Source: Cystobasidiomycetes sp. EMM_F5
Taxonomy: Eukaryota
Assembly (NCBI GenBank): GCA_051047955.1
Contig: JBPGPT010000007.1
Location: 248,001-312,000 of the forward strand
DNA: 64,000 nt
Reading direction: 5' to 3'
Shown: piece after piece, positions 51,981 through 64,000 of the stretch
Numbering within the stretch: the first letter of the stretch is position 1
Layout: each line of letters opens with the position of its first letter
Translations under genes and position numbers: made by a program
The notes under the pieces: model-generated
The model's database searches: none
Told to the model about the DNA's origin: nothing
Seen by the model: the letters and a program-made list of their open reading frames with translations, nothing else

Positions 51981-53265
51981 GTCCTCGCAGACCCGGGTGC
52001 TGCGTTTTTGCCGTCGTGGAAGAGATCAGATGTGTTCAGAGTCGGCAATGGAGACCAAGGCAAAAAGTAATCATTCATACATTGAAACAACGACTAGCGC
52101 GACTGCGACAGCTTTTACAGAGGTCTGCTACAGTCAGCCCATCCTTCTCAGCCCTTCTTTAGCGTTCAACAGCCCAATTATCGGCTATCGAAGTTGTGAA
52201 ACGGATTCCTTTGCGTCAAGTCTTGTTCTTAAAGCAGTGTGATGGTCGTCAATGCGAGTAGGGCTCGACAGTGACTAACAGGTCGAGTTCACCAACCACA
52301 GTCCAGCTCCAAACGGGTTTGCATGGCGAATCCAACGCTTGACGAGTATGGTCTCAGCGCATTCAGCAGAAGTAGCGAGTCGAGCAAGGCGGCATCAGCT
52401 TTGACGTCGTAATGTACTGTGGTTGGGGAATGTCGTCACCACTCGTCTCAGGCAGAGGAATCAATCTCTTTCATATCCTTCGAATTCGAGATCCCTATCA
52501 GGGGAGCTCGAGGAGCTGATGGAAACTTTGGGTTAGTCGATGGCTGCCGGTTGCGTTGTGGTCTTCTCGGAGTCATCAGTTGGGCAGTAACATCAGTTCC
52601 GCAGTGCCGAGTAGAGGGTATACGACCCGTTCGTGCCCTGCAGTCGCAGTTTCTGTGCGTGTCGGCAGCCTCGACTCGGACCTCGCATTCGCTGGCCAGG
52701 ACACCATCGAGCAGTCGTCCGCATCTACACTTTGTCTCAGCAGTGGAACGGCGCTGCTGTGTACTTTGTCCGAGCTGGTCATCAATGTCCTACAGCGGAC
52801 TCTTGATTCGCAATGCCGTGCGTTTCCATTCTTCGTCGCGTTTGCAATGTCGCGCTGACTTGAACGCACCATCCTTTCGCATATATTCCCTGTCATTGTC
52901 TGGTCAAACACGCAAATTGCGCACGGACAATCTGGCTTTGACGACCGTATGCTCCCCGCTGGACCCGTTATCTCCGACGCGTATATCTCCATTGTTTACG
53001 TCCGTGCCGTGCGGCTACGGCTTACGCGACGCTGACGGCTGCGACATCCCCGCTCCTTCCTCCATCTATCCTCATGCTTCTTGACTTGCCCGCTACACGA
53101 ACCCCGCTCCCATTCTGTTCACTTCGACTGATGATGATATCCATCCATGACCTGCCGGCACCAACTCGGCCATTACAATATGTCTTGACACGATGCGCTA
53201 TTGCTGGCTGATTGCTGGCTGTCATGATACTCTGGTTGACGTCCGGCTGCTGGCAGTACACACAG

Positions 53266-55188
53266 CCCTAATGCTGGAATCGTAGCAATCTCCTCAAAGC
53301 TGGTTCCAGCAACCAGCAACCTATGTGGTCTGCCGGACAGGCCAGAAATCAAGTTATGTCTGCCTCTTCTAGATACTGATCTTAACGGAGACACAGAAGA
53401 GCATCGCGCATTGGGTGTGCCCTGCGCATACATTGGCAGCAAACCAATCATATTTGGCAGTTTTGACAACGACGCATTATCAACCGACTATCCGTCGTCG
53501 CAAGTGCTGTCAACGATTTCCGGGTTGACGTCTTCCGGAGAGGCTTCAGTGACAAGCGAGAAGAAGAAGTTTAGCGACGGTGAAATAAAAAGTGTCAACC
53601 GAGGAGGTAGCAGGCTGGAAAGCAATCACAGCATTCAATCGTCGGATGCCTGCAGCATTGACGACGATGGATGTATGGTGTGTGTTGCGACGGGCGCACG
53701 TTGGATGGAACATGATGGGAGAAGCCTTCCATTGTTATCGCCGACGTCATCGGTATCGGTTGGCCTAGTGTCACGTACGCTTCCACAACAAGATCATGAC
53801 AGCTGCAATCTTCCGGAGCGTGCCGAGAATTTGCTTCAAGATGAACAGGCTGTAGACTTCGGATACAGACGTAAAGGCAGAGGATGCTTGCAGAAAGTCG
53901 ATTTGGAAGCGTCTTCAAAGCGAGAAGACAAGCTCAAAATTTGCAAATCGGACGCCATCTCAAATGCTAGACAACTCTCCCTAAACGCCGATACGAGTAG
54001 CACCAGCATTTTTCCGCCAATTAGAAAGCTTCCATCTGCAGGCGACTGCGGACCTGACCCCGGAAAGAACCTTCCGTTGAGCCCCTTGAGCGCGCATCTC
54101 TCCGCTTCCTCGCGTAAGCAATCGGGGACGGGAAAGCCTTCTTGCCCAGAACCAGATTTAGCGGAACAACCGAGGACACCTTTACGCGATTTTTGCAGCA
54201 CTGGCTGTCCGTCTGCATTTCTTCCATATCATCGCGGCGATTGGCGTGCGAGTGCTTTTTGCCTTTCGAAAGAGCAGGCGCATTCTGGTTCAGTCAGTTG
54301 CAGTGACACAGTTGCAAAGTAAGTGAAGGAGATGCAGGCGTATGAGAGCTTCTATTCAAAATCTCGACAGGTCATACCCACCCCTCGGCCCGGTCGACTC
54401 GCCACATAAACTTTCGGAAGACTCACAAGGACCACGACAGGCAGACAATCAACCCTCGATACGTCACGAGTACACCGGCAACAGTATCTCCCTCTCAGAC
54501 GGCAACACCTGTGCAGTAGGAGACGACTCTGCAGTCAAATCCGACGCGTTTGTATCGGATCTTCCCGTTAGTGCGGTACTCGACTGCGCTAGTATAAACC
54601 TCGCGCACGGGCCCTGCGGCCGTTGTGTCAGCCGCAAAACAGAAGCCACAGACAATTTGGGCATTGGAAACCATCGCTCTTCGTTACAGTACATCGACCG
54701 GTCTCTTCCGAGCCTTTCGCCTCCAACCTGCATTTCGAGCAGTGGAGGTTCCGACTTTGAAGTCAGCTATCAGCAGAAAAGTAACGAAAACAAGGGATCG
54801 TTGATCCCGAAATTAAGCTCTGTTAAGAGCGTCGACGCTGTCAGTCCTGCCCGTTGCCGCGTCCGCCATAATCAGTATCCTTTAGGTAATCAGTCGAGGA
54901 GCCATTGACAGCTTACATTACTGACGGTGCTTTAGTAGACGGTGATTTCGCTGCCTCCTCGTTCAAATCAAATCAATCTCCCGCTTGGCTGGGTTCAGAG
55001 TCAGCTTCGCCGAAACACGCGCTCACCCCGGAAAAGCACAAAATTTTTCGACGGACTATTCGAAGTCATCGAATCGCACATCAAAGCAATCTTGGTCGCG
55101 AGCCTTCGGATACCGAATCCGACGAGCCCGTCAAGTTCAATCCGTGGGCCACTTCCCCCTCGAATAATCTTGACACGAGCATCTATCC
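53266..55188 (+). CDS. Spliced low-complexity coding exons; either a separate gene or an N-terminal extension of the cold-shock protein
   Basis: ORFs 53411-54322, 54342-54908 and 54905-55240 join in frame via introns 54319-54370 and 54886-54938; start not located. Confidence 0.45.
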
Positions 55189-55280
55189 GTCCGCTGCAGC
55201 TGTAGTCCAGCACCTGCTTGCTATTGAAAAGGTCTTTTGATCTTTCTAACAGCACGAACTCGCTCGCCTCCAGTCAGGAT

Positions 55281-56919
55281 ATGGGAGACTTCATGAACGC
55301 GCAGCACATGTCGACCGCAGGGCCTCAGCACCCTCATGCAGCGATGCACCCCCAACTCCAACTACAGCAATTGCAGCTGCCTGCTGCGGTGCCGCCGCAT
55401 CTTCATTACCAGCAACGTCCGCAAATGTCATCCCCGTCGCTGTTTGATGCCTTTGCTCCGCTAGGCGGAAAACCGTCAAATGGGTCGTCTGCTGCAACTT
55501 CTGCCATGAATCACCCAAACCGTGGGATTCCCCTTTCCACCCTAGCAGCAGCATCAGTTCAAGCTGCTGCTGCCGCCCAGCCAGGCCAGCCGTATGATGA
55601 AAAGGCTGCTCTGGACAGCTTGACTGCCCAGCTTGCCGGAACCTCGCTCAAAAGCCAGGGACAGCAGAATGTTGGCGCATCCATGTGGCCAAGGCGATCC
55701 GGCATTGTGAAATTCTTTAATAGCACAAAAGGTATGTTTCCTTATGATGGCGAGTTGCTGTTGCTGTATGTCAGGAGACTGACACGATCGGCTTGGCAGG
55801 TTTCGGCTTCATCTGGGACAACGCCTCGAGCGAGATCGGCGACGTTGACATCTTTGTGCACTGGACAACCATTCAAGGTGACACATCTTTTAAAAGCCTG
55901 GGCGAGGGCGAACTAGTCGAATATGAACTGGCCAGGGGACCTAAAGTAAGTGTATCTGGTTCACTGGTCAATACCAATGGTCTGACAACGGTGATCAATG
56001 GAGGGTTTCCAAGCTATAAATGTGTCAGGCCCTAGCGGTGGTAATGTACATGGCGATCCCCTAGCAAGAATGCCTCTCGCCATCAGCAGGTCAGCTCGAG
56101 TCTTTCCGTAACATAGACCTGTGCTGATAATAAAGCACAGCCGCAGTCGCATGATGCCTGGTAGTCGCTATGGTCCGATGGGTATACCGATCCGTGCGTT
56201 GATGGAATGTTGCACCTGAATATGCAATTGCCTGGCTGACATGTACGCTTAACATGCCTGATTGTATCTCTATTTCAGTGCAACCGCTGGTATTGGCTGG
56301 CTATCCACCCCAGGCTGCCCACGTTGATCCAGGCTACGCCGCATATTTGCAGCAGAGTGGACGATATGTGCCACAAGCTGCAGGGCCATATTACCCTATA
56401 CCTGCGGGTCATGCCCCATCGCCAGCACCAGCAAGCTATCCTCAAGTCCAGGCTGCAGTGCTGCCTCAGCCCGCCGCCACGCCAGTCACGTCCGCGCCTC
56501 CCAATGCAAGTACTCAGGACGCCGTTCAAGCGCCTGCTGCGGCCCCTCTGCCATCTACAGCCCCGAACGGGGCTGGTCAACTCGGCGCAGGCTCAGCTTA
56601 TGCCCAATACTTGGCAGCAGCACAGGCCCAACGTCAACCAACTTCGACCAATGGCTCGTCTTACAAGTCGCATTCACCATTCGATGTACCAAGCGTTGCT
56701 AAGCAACCATTGAGCCCTTCCGCTGCAGCGGGCCGCCCTATTTTTGGTAGCATTGGTGGACCCGGATCTGCCTTCGCCAACTCGTCTTCCACGCTATCTT
56801 CGAGCAATACTCGACAATTTGAAGCCAGTGGCCGCGATTCAGGTGCAAACAATAAGTCGCCACTCGATGCGGGAGACATATTTGCGTCCAGCACATGGCG
56901 CTCCGAGACATCCCGATAA
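55281..56919 (+). CDS. Cold-shock domain (CSD) protein with Gln/Pro/Ala-rich flanks
   Basis: Spliced GIVKFFNSTK|GFGFI (RNP1)...DIFVHWTTIQGDTSFKSLGEGELVEYE...GPK|GFQAINVSGP. Confidence 0.88.
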
Positions 56920-57495
56920 TGCGTCCACGCGTTGCGCAATCGTTGAAAAATGCACCACAAGGCAACATTATCCATTCTACATAACTCAAGACCTTGTGTT
57001 TCTAGGCTATTTGGCCTGAAGAAATTTCCCGATTATTTCCAGACGTGCTTACGGGCATGCGTTCACTCCGTCAAAACACAACGTTCCTGTAGTTGGACTT
57101 GAAATCAGTTGGAGCTCAACTTCGACTTCTGGCAATTCAATACATGCAGTTTTCTCCCTACCTCCGTTTTTCATACACAGCATCAAGAAGTACAAGCGCA
57201 TATGTCATATCAAACCGTTCTCGCATCGTAGCTATGGAAGACCCGAATACCACTCAGTTTTGTGGGTCGAAGCAACAGTTGTCCGCGATACATGGCGGCT
57301 TCGGCAGTTGGAAGAAAGCATGAGGCATTGGAAGTGATACGACTGCACAAAATCAGTTCATTGTTCCCCATTTGTGACGGTGTACAGGTTGCTTGGGCAA
57401 GGTGTAGTTTCTCCATACGGTCCCGTTGTGAGTGCTGTGTAACAATTGTGCGATCTTTGCTTCGCTACTGTCGTCTTGAGCGCGCAGCATCTACC

Positions 57496-57529
57496 AATCC
57501 ATCTGCCGTTCAAATCCATCTGCCGTTCA
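57496..57529 (+). repeat. Perfect 17-bp tandem duplication
   Basis: AATCCATCTGCCGTTCA occurs twice in tandem in intergenic DNA. Confidence 0.85.
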
Positions 57530-57789
57530 AAACTTCGGCTGACCAGAGAGTGGAGCCCACTTCGACAGGTGCCAAGTCTTGCGCTTCAAGTTGAGCAGTG
57601 CATGAGTATATGCAGAGCATCAGCTACTTCGACCAACAAAGGGACAAACCTGGCGATGAAGACCTGCGAGTCGAGGCACCGCACGGTACTGCAGCGAGGG
57701 CCACACTGCAGATGACGGAAAGTCCGGGTATCTACAGATGGTCCCCGAGAATAAGACATACACCTCCAAGTTGCTGAGTCGGAGGCAGC

Positions 57790-60046
57790 ATGGTCATGAC
57801 CACAAATCTACGAGATGATACAAATACTCAACGCTTGTTGACAGCCGGACTCTGCTGTGGGGGTGCCAACAATCCGCAAGCCTCAAGTGCGGCCTTGGAC
57901 GACGAGGTAAAACTCGCATCCTTTCGCAAAATTTCTGCCCGAAAGCTCCAGACACCTCACGCGCTAGCTGATGCCGTGCGCACAACTGATCACTCGACGA
58001 ACATCTCAGTACAGCCATCAGCGGCATTTGCGGTGACTCTGCAGGAGTCCTCCGATGGTCCAGTATTATTACACAAACTCTACGATGGTGGGGCTAGCCT
58101 GACACTCACTCTGGACCGTATTCTACATTACCATGCAGCCGCTTCGACTGTTTCTGCGTCGACATACACATGCGCAATGCCTGCTGGCCTTCCCTTGCGT
58201 CATCATGATTGTCATGCCATTCCAAGAGCGCTTCTGTCCTTCAACATACACTTGAAGGCCGGGCGAATATCCCGTAGAAATGTCGAGGCGATGCCTTCGG
58301 AAGAAGTCCGAACAAATTTCGAATTTTTGGCGTTTACGTTTCGCTTCATTAGTCAGAAGCCTCCCTGGCAGTATGGATCACGAGCGAATGCAGCCGACGC
58401 TCGCTCGACAGCGAGTAAATCGCCCTTTGTGCGGGGCTTCGTGGCAACAGATCTTGCTGGATCTGGCTTCTTACAGACTTTTGGTCCGTCATTATACGCG
58501 GGCTTACGTGAAGCCGAGCTTTCGACCAAGGTCCTGGTTCTTGGCTCCTCAGCCGAAAACTGCGACTATAGGAGTTTTGAGTGGGGCCTTTCGCGGTTGC
58601 ACAAGCCTGTGGATTACGCAGCCGACAAAATTGCAGCTCGAAGTGCTAGCGACAGATCACCAAAAGAACCCTCATCACCTTTGCAGCCTGCTCGCGTGAC
58701 AGATCAGTCTACCGGAGCGCTGCATCCGGGTGAAAATCCGTCGCTGTCGTCGTCTGTTGACACCCCAGCCTATGGTACCTCTGGCATCAGGGTGATGATC
58801 AAGCGAGAAGTTTTTGACGAGGCCTCCTGGCAACCGAGTTGTATTCCCTTTACGATAATGCTGGAAGTTCCTCCAATGGCAAGTTGCGTAATGGCTGACA
58901 TAGAACTCGATGCAAGTGTGATCAAGCAAAGCAAAGTTATACCTCCTTTCGCATTTCCGCCGCGCTCGTCACACAGGCACACTCACTCAGACCCTTCGCA
59001 ACTTAGCTCTCGCATAACGAGAGAGGCCTCAAGGTTAACCGGAATATTTTCGCGACGGCGGAATGCCAGCTTGGAGCTCGACCCGACAGCAGGTGAGAAT
59101 TGGCGAACGACTGCACCGCGCGCACTAAACCCTTCGGGGCAAAATCATTCTGTCTGTATATATCCGCGTTTGAGCCCAATTTCCGCAGTGGTCACCGCTG
59201 GAGGTTCTGTGCAAGACCTATTATACTCACATTCCTCATCCACGGGCAGACCCCTATCGCAGTCAGGGCTGCCGGTTATGACTAAATCGGTAAATTCACA
59301 GATTGCGACAAACGGTGGACATGGACGCCTTTCATCTCGTCGAGCTCTATATCAGCAATCAGCAGAAATTGAAACAAGGCGAGACATGGTTGTCGCGAGC
59401 GCATCGGCTGCTGGAGAAATTTCCTTTGTGCGAAAGCCGACGTTTGTAGCGGCTCCAGTATCTCCGCAAACGTCACCTCCTGCACTGCGTCCACAGCCTT
59501 TCAGCTCGCCTGCCAGGAAGCCTACATATATGGTCTGTGCAGATATCCTCTTCGAAACGGTGGGAAGAGCGAGCTCGACAGATTCTCGCTACCCGTGCCA
59601 TACATTGCCTTCTGCGGCTCCGAGACACAGAGAAGACTCCTTGCATACGAGAGCGACTCAAGTTGCGGATGAGGTCAGGTATACAGACAGTACGACTGCT
59701 GGATCTACAAATTTTGTCAGAGAACATCTCGGTATAGCGGAAACGGAGGACAATGTGTACAACGCGCCCCGAGCCGACCTGCTGTTGCGCCAGCTGAGCA
59801 CGTCTTCTGCCGCGTCGCTTCACTTGCAAGACAAGCAGACTGACGACGGCTATTCATCAGACTCGGACTTTTCAGTAAGTGTGCGGAATATGGTACATCT
59901 CCGGCTGAACACAATCATTACAGGATGATGTTAGTGTGGAGAATATCGATGACTTGCTGGAGTCTGTGACGGCGGACTGGACGGCAGCGATAGCACCCGA
60001 ACCCGAAGGCTGCGAGGAGATTGTTTTCGAGCAATTCAGCGGATGA
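57790..60046 (+). CDS. Large hypothetical protein
   Basis: 712-codon ORF with a gtaagt donor near 59875 joining an acidic last exon (DDVSVENIDDLL...EQFSG*); no domain recognised. Confidence 0.7.
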
Positions 60047-60295
60047 TGCTTGACACCTCCGATGAAGGCCAGCCGATGTCATCCGTAAGGGATACAAGAA
60101 GACGAGGCTTGTTGGACAACCTCGTCTTCTTGGACAATTGCGCGTTGTTCAGGTACAGCAGTCAGCTAGTTCAAAATAAGGCCAGCCAAGCATATGAGAA
60201 CTCTTGTCTCGGCTTTTTGAGGATTTGCGCGACAATGGTCAATTTGACGATACCGTGCAGATTTATCATTGCAGTTATATCAATTTGCGCTTTTA

Positions 60296-62107
60296 CTATG
60301 CTTTCAGCGACCAGCTCAGCCTCGTCAAAGTGCCAGTCAGGCTGAAGACGCCGAGTAGAGCCGCTGCGACTGCTATCGGTTTCCGCATGAGCTTGAGCGT
60401 GGAATAGTCGTAGCCGATGACAATATCGACTGCATGCTTGTCGCTGCAGCCTGTCTTTCGAAGTATTACAGTCGGGCGACCGACGGTATCGAGGTAAGAG
60501 TAAGTCGTCGAGTACTCGAGGCTGTCGATGGGAAACGGCGTTGCCACTGTGATACCACTTGCGCCCTCGGGCAAGACTACCCGCAGGGTTGCGTCGTTTA
60601 TGGCAGCGTCCTTGAGCGGTATCAGGAACGGCACGCTCAGCGAATGCCTGCTTGATTTCTTGGGATCACGGCGCAGTACCATGGAAAGTGGCTGCTTGTA
60701 TCCGTATGAGAAGGTGTAGTTCCACCCGCCCATCAGCGGGTAGCGCGGAATAAGTTCCAAAACACTTGCGCCCCCGCTCAAACTTGTTGTTCCGGCTCCC
60801 TTGGGTGCACTCGGTCGGAAGCGAGAAGTTGAGACGTTACCGACTTCGTCAATGAAGAAGGGTGAGTGCACGTTTGGCGGGAGGAGAAGTGTGATGGAAT
60901 TGACTGTATGCGGAACGACCTGTCCTTGCCTTCTCATGTATGCGATAGCCTGATGTGTCAAGCGCGAAAAGAATCCCTTCAGCCTGGAGTAGGGAGACAA
61001 TAGGTCAGTTAGTAGTCGGATGATACATCACTCGATATATCACCAGACCCACTTTGGTCCGTTGTTGACCAGCTCGACATCGTCTTGTACTGCTAAATGG
61101 TTACCCCAATGACTGACGAACGCCGTTCGCTCTAGCCTTCGGTATGATACAACAGGTTCAGGTTGTTCGTAGTGGACGCCGGCCAAGGTGTCGATTTGCG
61201 AAGCTGCCCCGGTGCTAGTCAGAGTTGGTTCATAGAACAGCGCGGTGCTTGACGTGAAGGTAATGGTGGATGATCCGGTAGGATGCGAGGAAGTAAAGGA
61301 GGATGGCGTGACTTCTGCAGTCGAACGGGGCGAGGGGGATCTAAGCAGAGAGATACTTGACATTAGTCGCAAAGCGGAAGGAGACTGATAAGAGAGGACA
61401 GCGTACTTTACGCGCGCTTTGACGTCTCCTGATGCCAGTTGTTCTCCATCCCGCAGAGAACGAAGGGCGCCTCCAAGCAGGTCGCCTTGCCAGTACATGC
61501 CCTGTATTCTAGCATCCTGAGCGATTGTTGCTGGCATGGGTCTCGAAGCGTGGGTATACACGGTCGACACGGTTATTGTGATTTGCTCTGAGCCAGTCGA
61601 GGCAGTAGAAGGGATGTTGGCTGCATAAAAGTATGCGTGACTGCGTGTACATAATCATCAAGTTTGTGCGCGTCGAGAGTAGGTGAAGAAAGATTATCAG
61701 CGCAACAAACAACGGCAAGCACTTGTAGCTTTCGACACTCACCGTCCCCTGTCATATCCGAGACCTCTGACTGCGAGCTTCCTCTTGGACGCGCTCGTCT
61801 TGCCCGAGGATGCTTCGAGCCAGCTCAGTCGTCCGCCATTAATGTCGGCGTCGTCGAGCGAGAACACAAAGTCATTCAGAGCTCCACCGCTCCCGTCCAG
61901 CGTATAGACGAGCTGAGCTCTGGCTACAGCCCCGCCGAGCTCGAGGGTCCGCGACAGGCTGGCTATCCGAAAGCTGGACGGGGGAGCTGCTGCGTGCGAG
62001 TATGGCTCCGACAAAGTGAGCGCATGCTGCTCGTGCTGAGGCTGCTGGGCACAGACTGCAGTCGCAAAAAGCGGAACAGCCGCATTCAACAGAGCCCGCA
62101 GTCGCAT
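60296..62107 (-). CDS. OST1: Oligosaccharyltransferase subunit 1 (ribophorin I)
   Basis: Signal peptide MRLRALLNAAVPLFATAVCA; VSHWGNHL, DEVGNVSTSRFR, PRYPLMGGWNYTF, YLDTVGRP and a C-terminal TM segment. Confidence 0.93.
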
Positions 62108-62238
62108 GGTCAGGTTGGGTGTGGTTGAAAGAAACACGAAATAAACGACAAGGACAAGGATATTCGACAATTGATGGTGACAACATGGGATCGATGACTC
62201 GACAGCAACGGGATAGATTGTATGGCAAGAGTGACATA

Positions 62239-62816
62239 TCAACCCGGGCCAATCTCGAGACGAAAAGAAGCAAATGTCAGCGTGGAAGACCAATACGCAT
62301 TGGTCGGCGAGACCCACCCTTGGAAGATCGTGATGCTCCGACAAGGCTTCGAGCTTTGCATTGAACTCGGACACGCGGTCCTTGTGGCTCTTGCGCGCTT
62401 CCTTGCGGACCTTGTCCTTTAGACGCTGCCTTCGAACCTCGTCATAACGTCGTTCAGACTCGGTCATGCCGGCCGCGCTCGACGATTTATCGGCTGGTCT
62501 GCTAGACTTGTCGGTGCTGTCCGATTCCATTTTCTTGCTAATTGACCGGTCATCGCCGTTGTTGTCGTCTTCCTTGCCAGCTTCGAGCGAGTCACTGCGT
62601 TCCCGTTCTTGCTCGCTGGCCCGACTACTGCTACCCGCTTCCTCTCTCACACGCTCTGTAGTGCTAGACTTGCTCTTCTTCTTCTTTCTACATTTGTTTA
62701 GAGCGTTTGTGAGCCCATACGTCTGAACTGAGTGTCGGCGTCAAGGCTCACTTTTTATCGTCGGCGCCCTTGAACTTGAGGGACCCGCCAGGACGGTGGT
62801 CATACTCGGTGCCCAT
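62239..62816 (-). CDS. FAM32A/DUF1754-family small nuclear protein
   Basis: GGSLKFKG...KKKKK...MTESERRYDEVRRQR...KSHKDRVSEFNAKLEALSEHHDLPR|IGPG*. Confidence 0.88.
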
Positions 62817-63021
62817 GGATGGCACCCTAGGTAGGATTATGGCCTTGTTGTTGAATGGCCAGACATTTGTCGCAGAGTCAAGAGACAACGCTGCAAGAGA
62901 TGGCGAAGTCATTCAAACATAGCACGCGAATTTGCAGCTCAAATGGCTAGTATACAACGACATCAGTACGACACAGTATGCTTGAAGCGCGACTATCCAA
63001 GTTTTATTCAGTGTATGCCAA

Positions 63022-63583
63022 TCACCCGCTGACCTTTTTGCTACGATTGAGACGCTTCTTGTATCGCTGGAGCTTCTTGGCCGACATCTGTGCATGGTTG
63101 GAAGGTCGTAGTTAGTGCATAGTCAACGCATACTGTTCTGAGAGATAGTCAAATCACCTTGGCAGCCAGATCTGCTAACCGTTTCTTCTCCTCTAGTGCT
63201 TCCTTGCGCTGCTTGGTGACCTCTTTCCGGCGGTCGATATCAGCTTGCTTCTCGCTAATCATTTCTCTGCTCGGAGACAGTACATAACGAGTTGTGACGA
63301 TGAATAGTAAGTATCGCCAATGTAAGCAATTCTGCAAAAATCCGACCAACCTTTCCAATTGCTTGACGGCTTCGTCTCGCTTCCGCTCTGAAGTACGCTG
63401 TTCCCAATTCTTGCTGAGTTTCTTGCTCTTTTGTGTGGTTGACGTGCTGGAGTTTCGGGTTGCTTTCCATGGTCTATGCCTGTTGGCGCCTGTTTCCGTA
63501 GAAAGCGTCGGTGCGGCTGCTGTTGCAGGCGTGGACGTTGAAGCCACAGGTTCTTCTGGTAATGCAGTGGTTGCCTCGTCCAT
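63022..63583 (-). CDS. CGR1: rRNA-processing protein Cgr1
   Basis: RPWK...KNWEQR...KQLER|EMISEK...KEALEEKKR..LAAK|MSAKKLQRYKKR coiled-coil basic protein. Confidence 0.85.
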
Positions 63584-63686
63584 AATTGCTTGTGCGTCGA
63601 AAGTAAACCTGCAAACCAGTCGCATGCATCCTTGAAACGAAATATCGATCATCCTTTGGCTCTGGCCGACACGACACAAACGAGAA

Positions 63687-64000
63687 AGTATGCCAGCCAT
63701 CCCTCTGCACGATGCTTCAGCACTGAGCTGACTTGGTTTACCATTTCTTTCCGCCAACTCCAGTGACCTCGGCGACGTCGTGCGTCTTTACAAGCTTCAT
63801 TCTGAAATTTGGATGCCACATCTGACAACGTCTCGCTTACACCTCCGTACACGATCCTACAGCCATATACTCTTCGATGATCTCTTTACGGTAGCAACTG
63901 TCGACCGGGATGGCAGGAAATTCGACAGAGGTACAACTAATGACCCTCTCCAATGTCTATGAAAGCGTTTGACGCAAGTTACATTATCGCCAGTGTCCCG
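63687..64000 (+). CDS. RPB8: RNA polymerase I/II/III shared subunit Rpb8 (5' part, runs off window)
   Basis: Exon starting at 63863 reads HILFDDLFTVATVDRDGRKFDR; upstream exons supply MTSATS. Confidence 0.88.

Noticed and set aside
1..64000. Numerous short antisense and overlapping ORFs in the six-frame track
   Set aside because: They lie opposite or within well-supported spliced genes, often start at non-ATG codons and show no motifs.
1..64000. Mating-type locus, suggested by the mei2-like gene
   Set aside because: No pheromone receptor, CAAX pheromone precursor or homeodomain gene was recognised.
1..64000. CRISPR arrays, tRNA/rRNA genes or intact transposons
   Set aside because: No regular repeat-spacer array, cloverleaf, transposase, reverse transcriptase, integrase or LTR/TIR pair was seen by eye.

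Overview
Gene-dense, intron-rich eukaryotic DNA. Introns are short (mostly 50-90 nt) GT-AG with CTRAC branch sites, and the gene content fits a fungus, probably a basidiomycete yeast (inference). Manual splicing supports about 30 genes. Housekeeping genes include a YFH7-like kinase, a DnaJ protein, MMM1, RPS7, RPL3, TVP23, OST1, FAM32A-like, CGR1 and RPB8. Regulators include a three-repeat Myb, a MyTH4-RhoGAP, a Mei2-like RRM protein, a Zn2Cys6 factor, a PASK-like kinase and a cold-shock-domain protein. A PhoD-like phosphatase, a methyltransferase and several orphans are also present. The most unusual items are: an orphan gene fusing three Cys/His zinc-finger repeats to a probable DEDD-type exonuclease domain (37.6-39.2 kb); a four-copy TM2-domain gene array with frameshifted copies and a 1-nt intron slide (22.7-26.9 kb); hairpin-containing introns and a shared promoter motif in the two ribosomal protein genes; a dense motif cluster upstream of mei2; and an RPB8 start codon split by an intron. 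No rRNA, tRNA, CRISPR array or intact transposon was recognised. All gene models and family calls are by eye, with no database searches.
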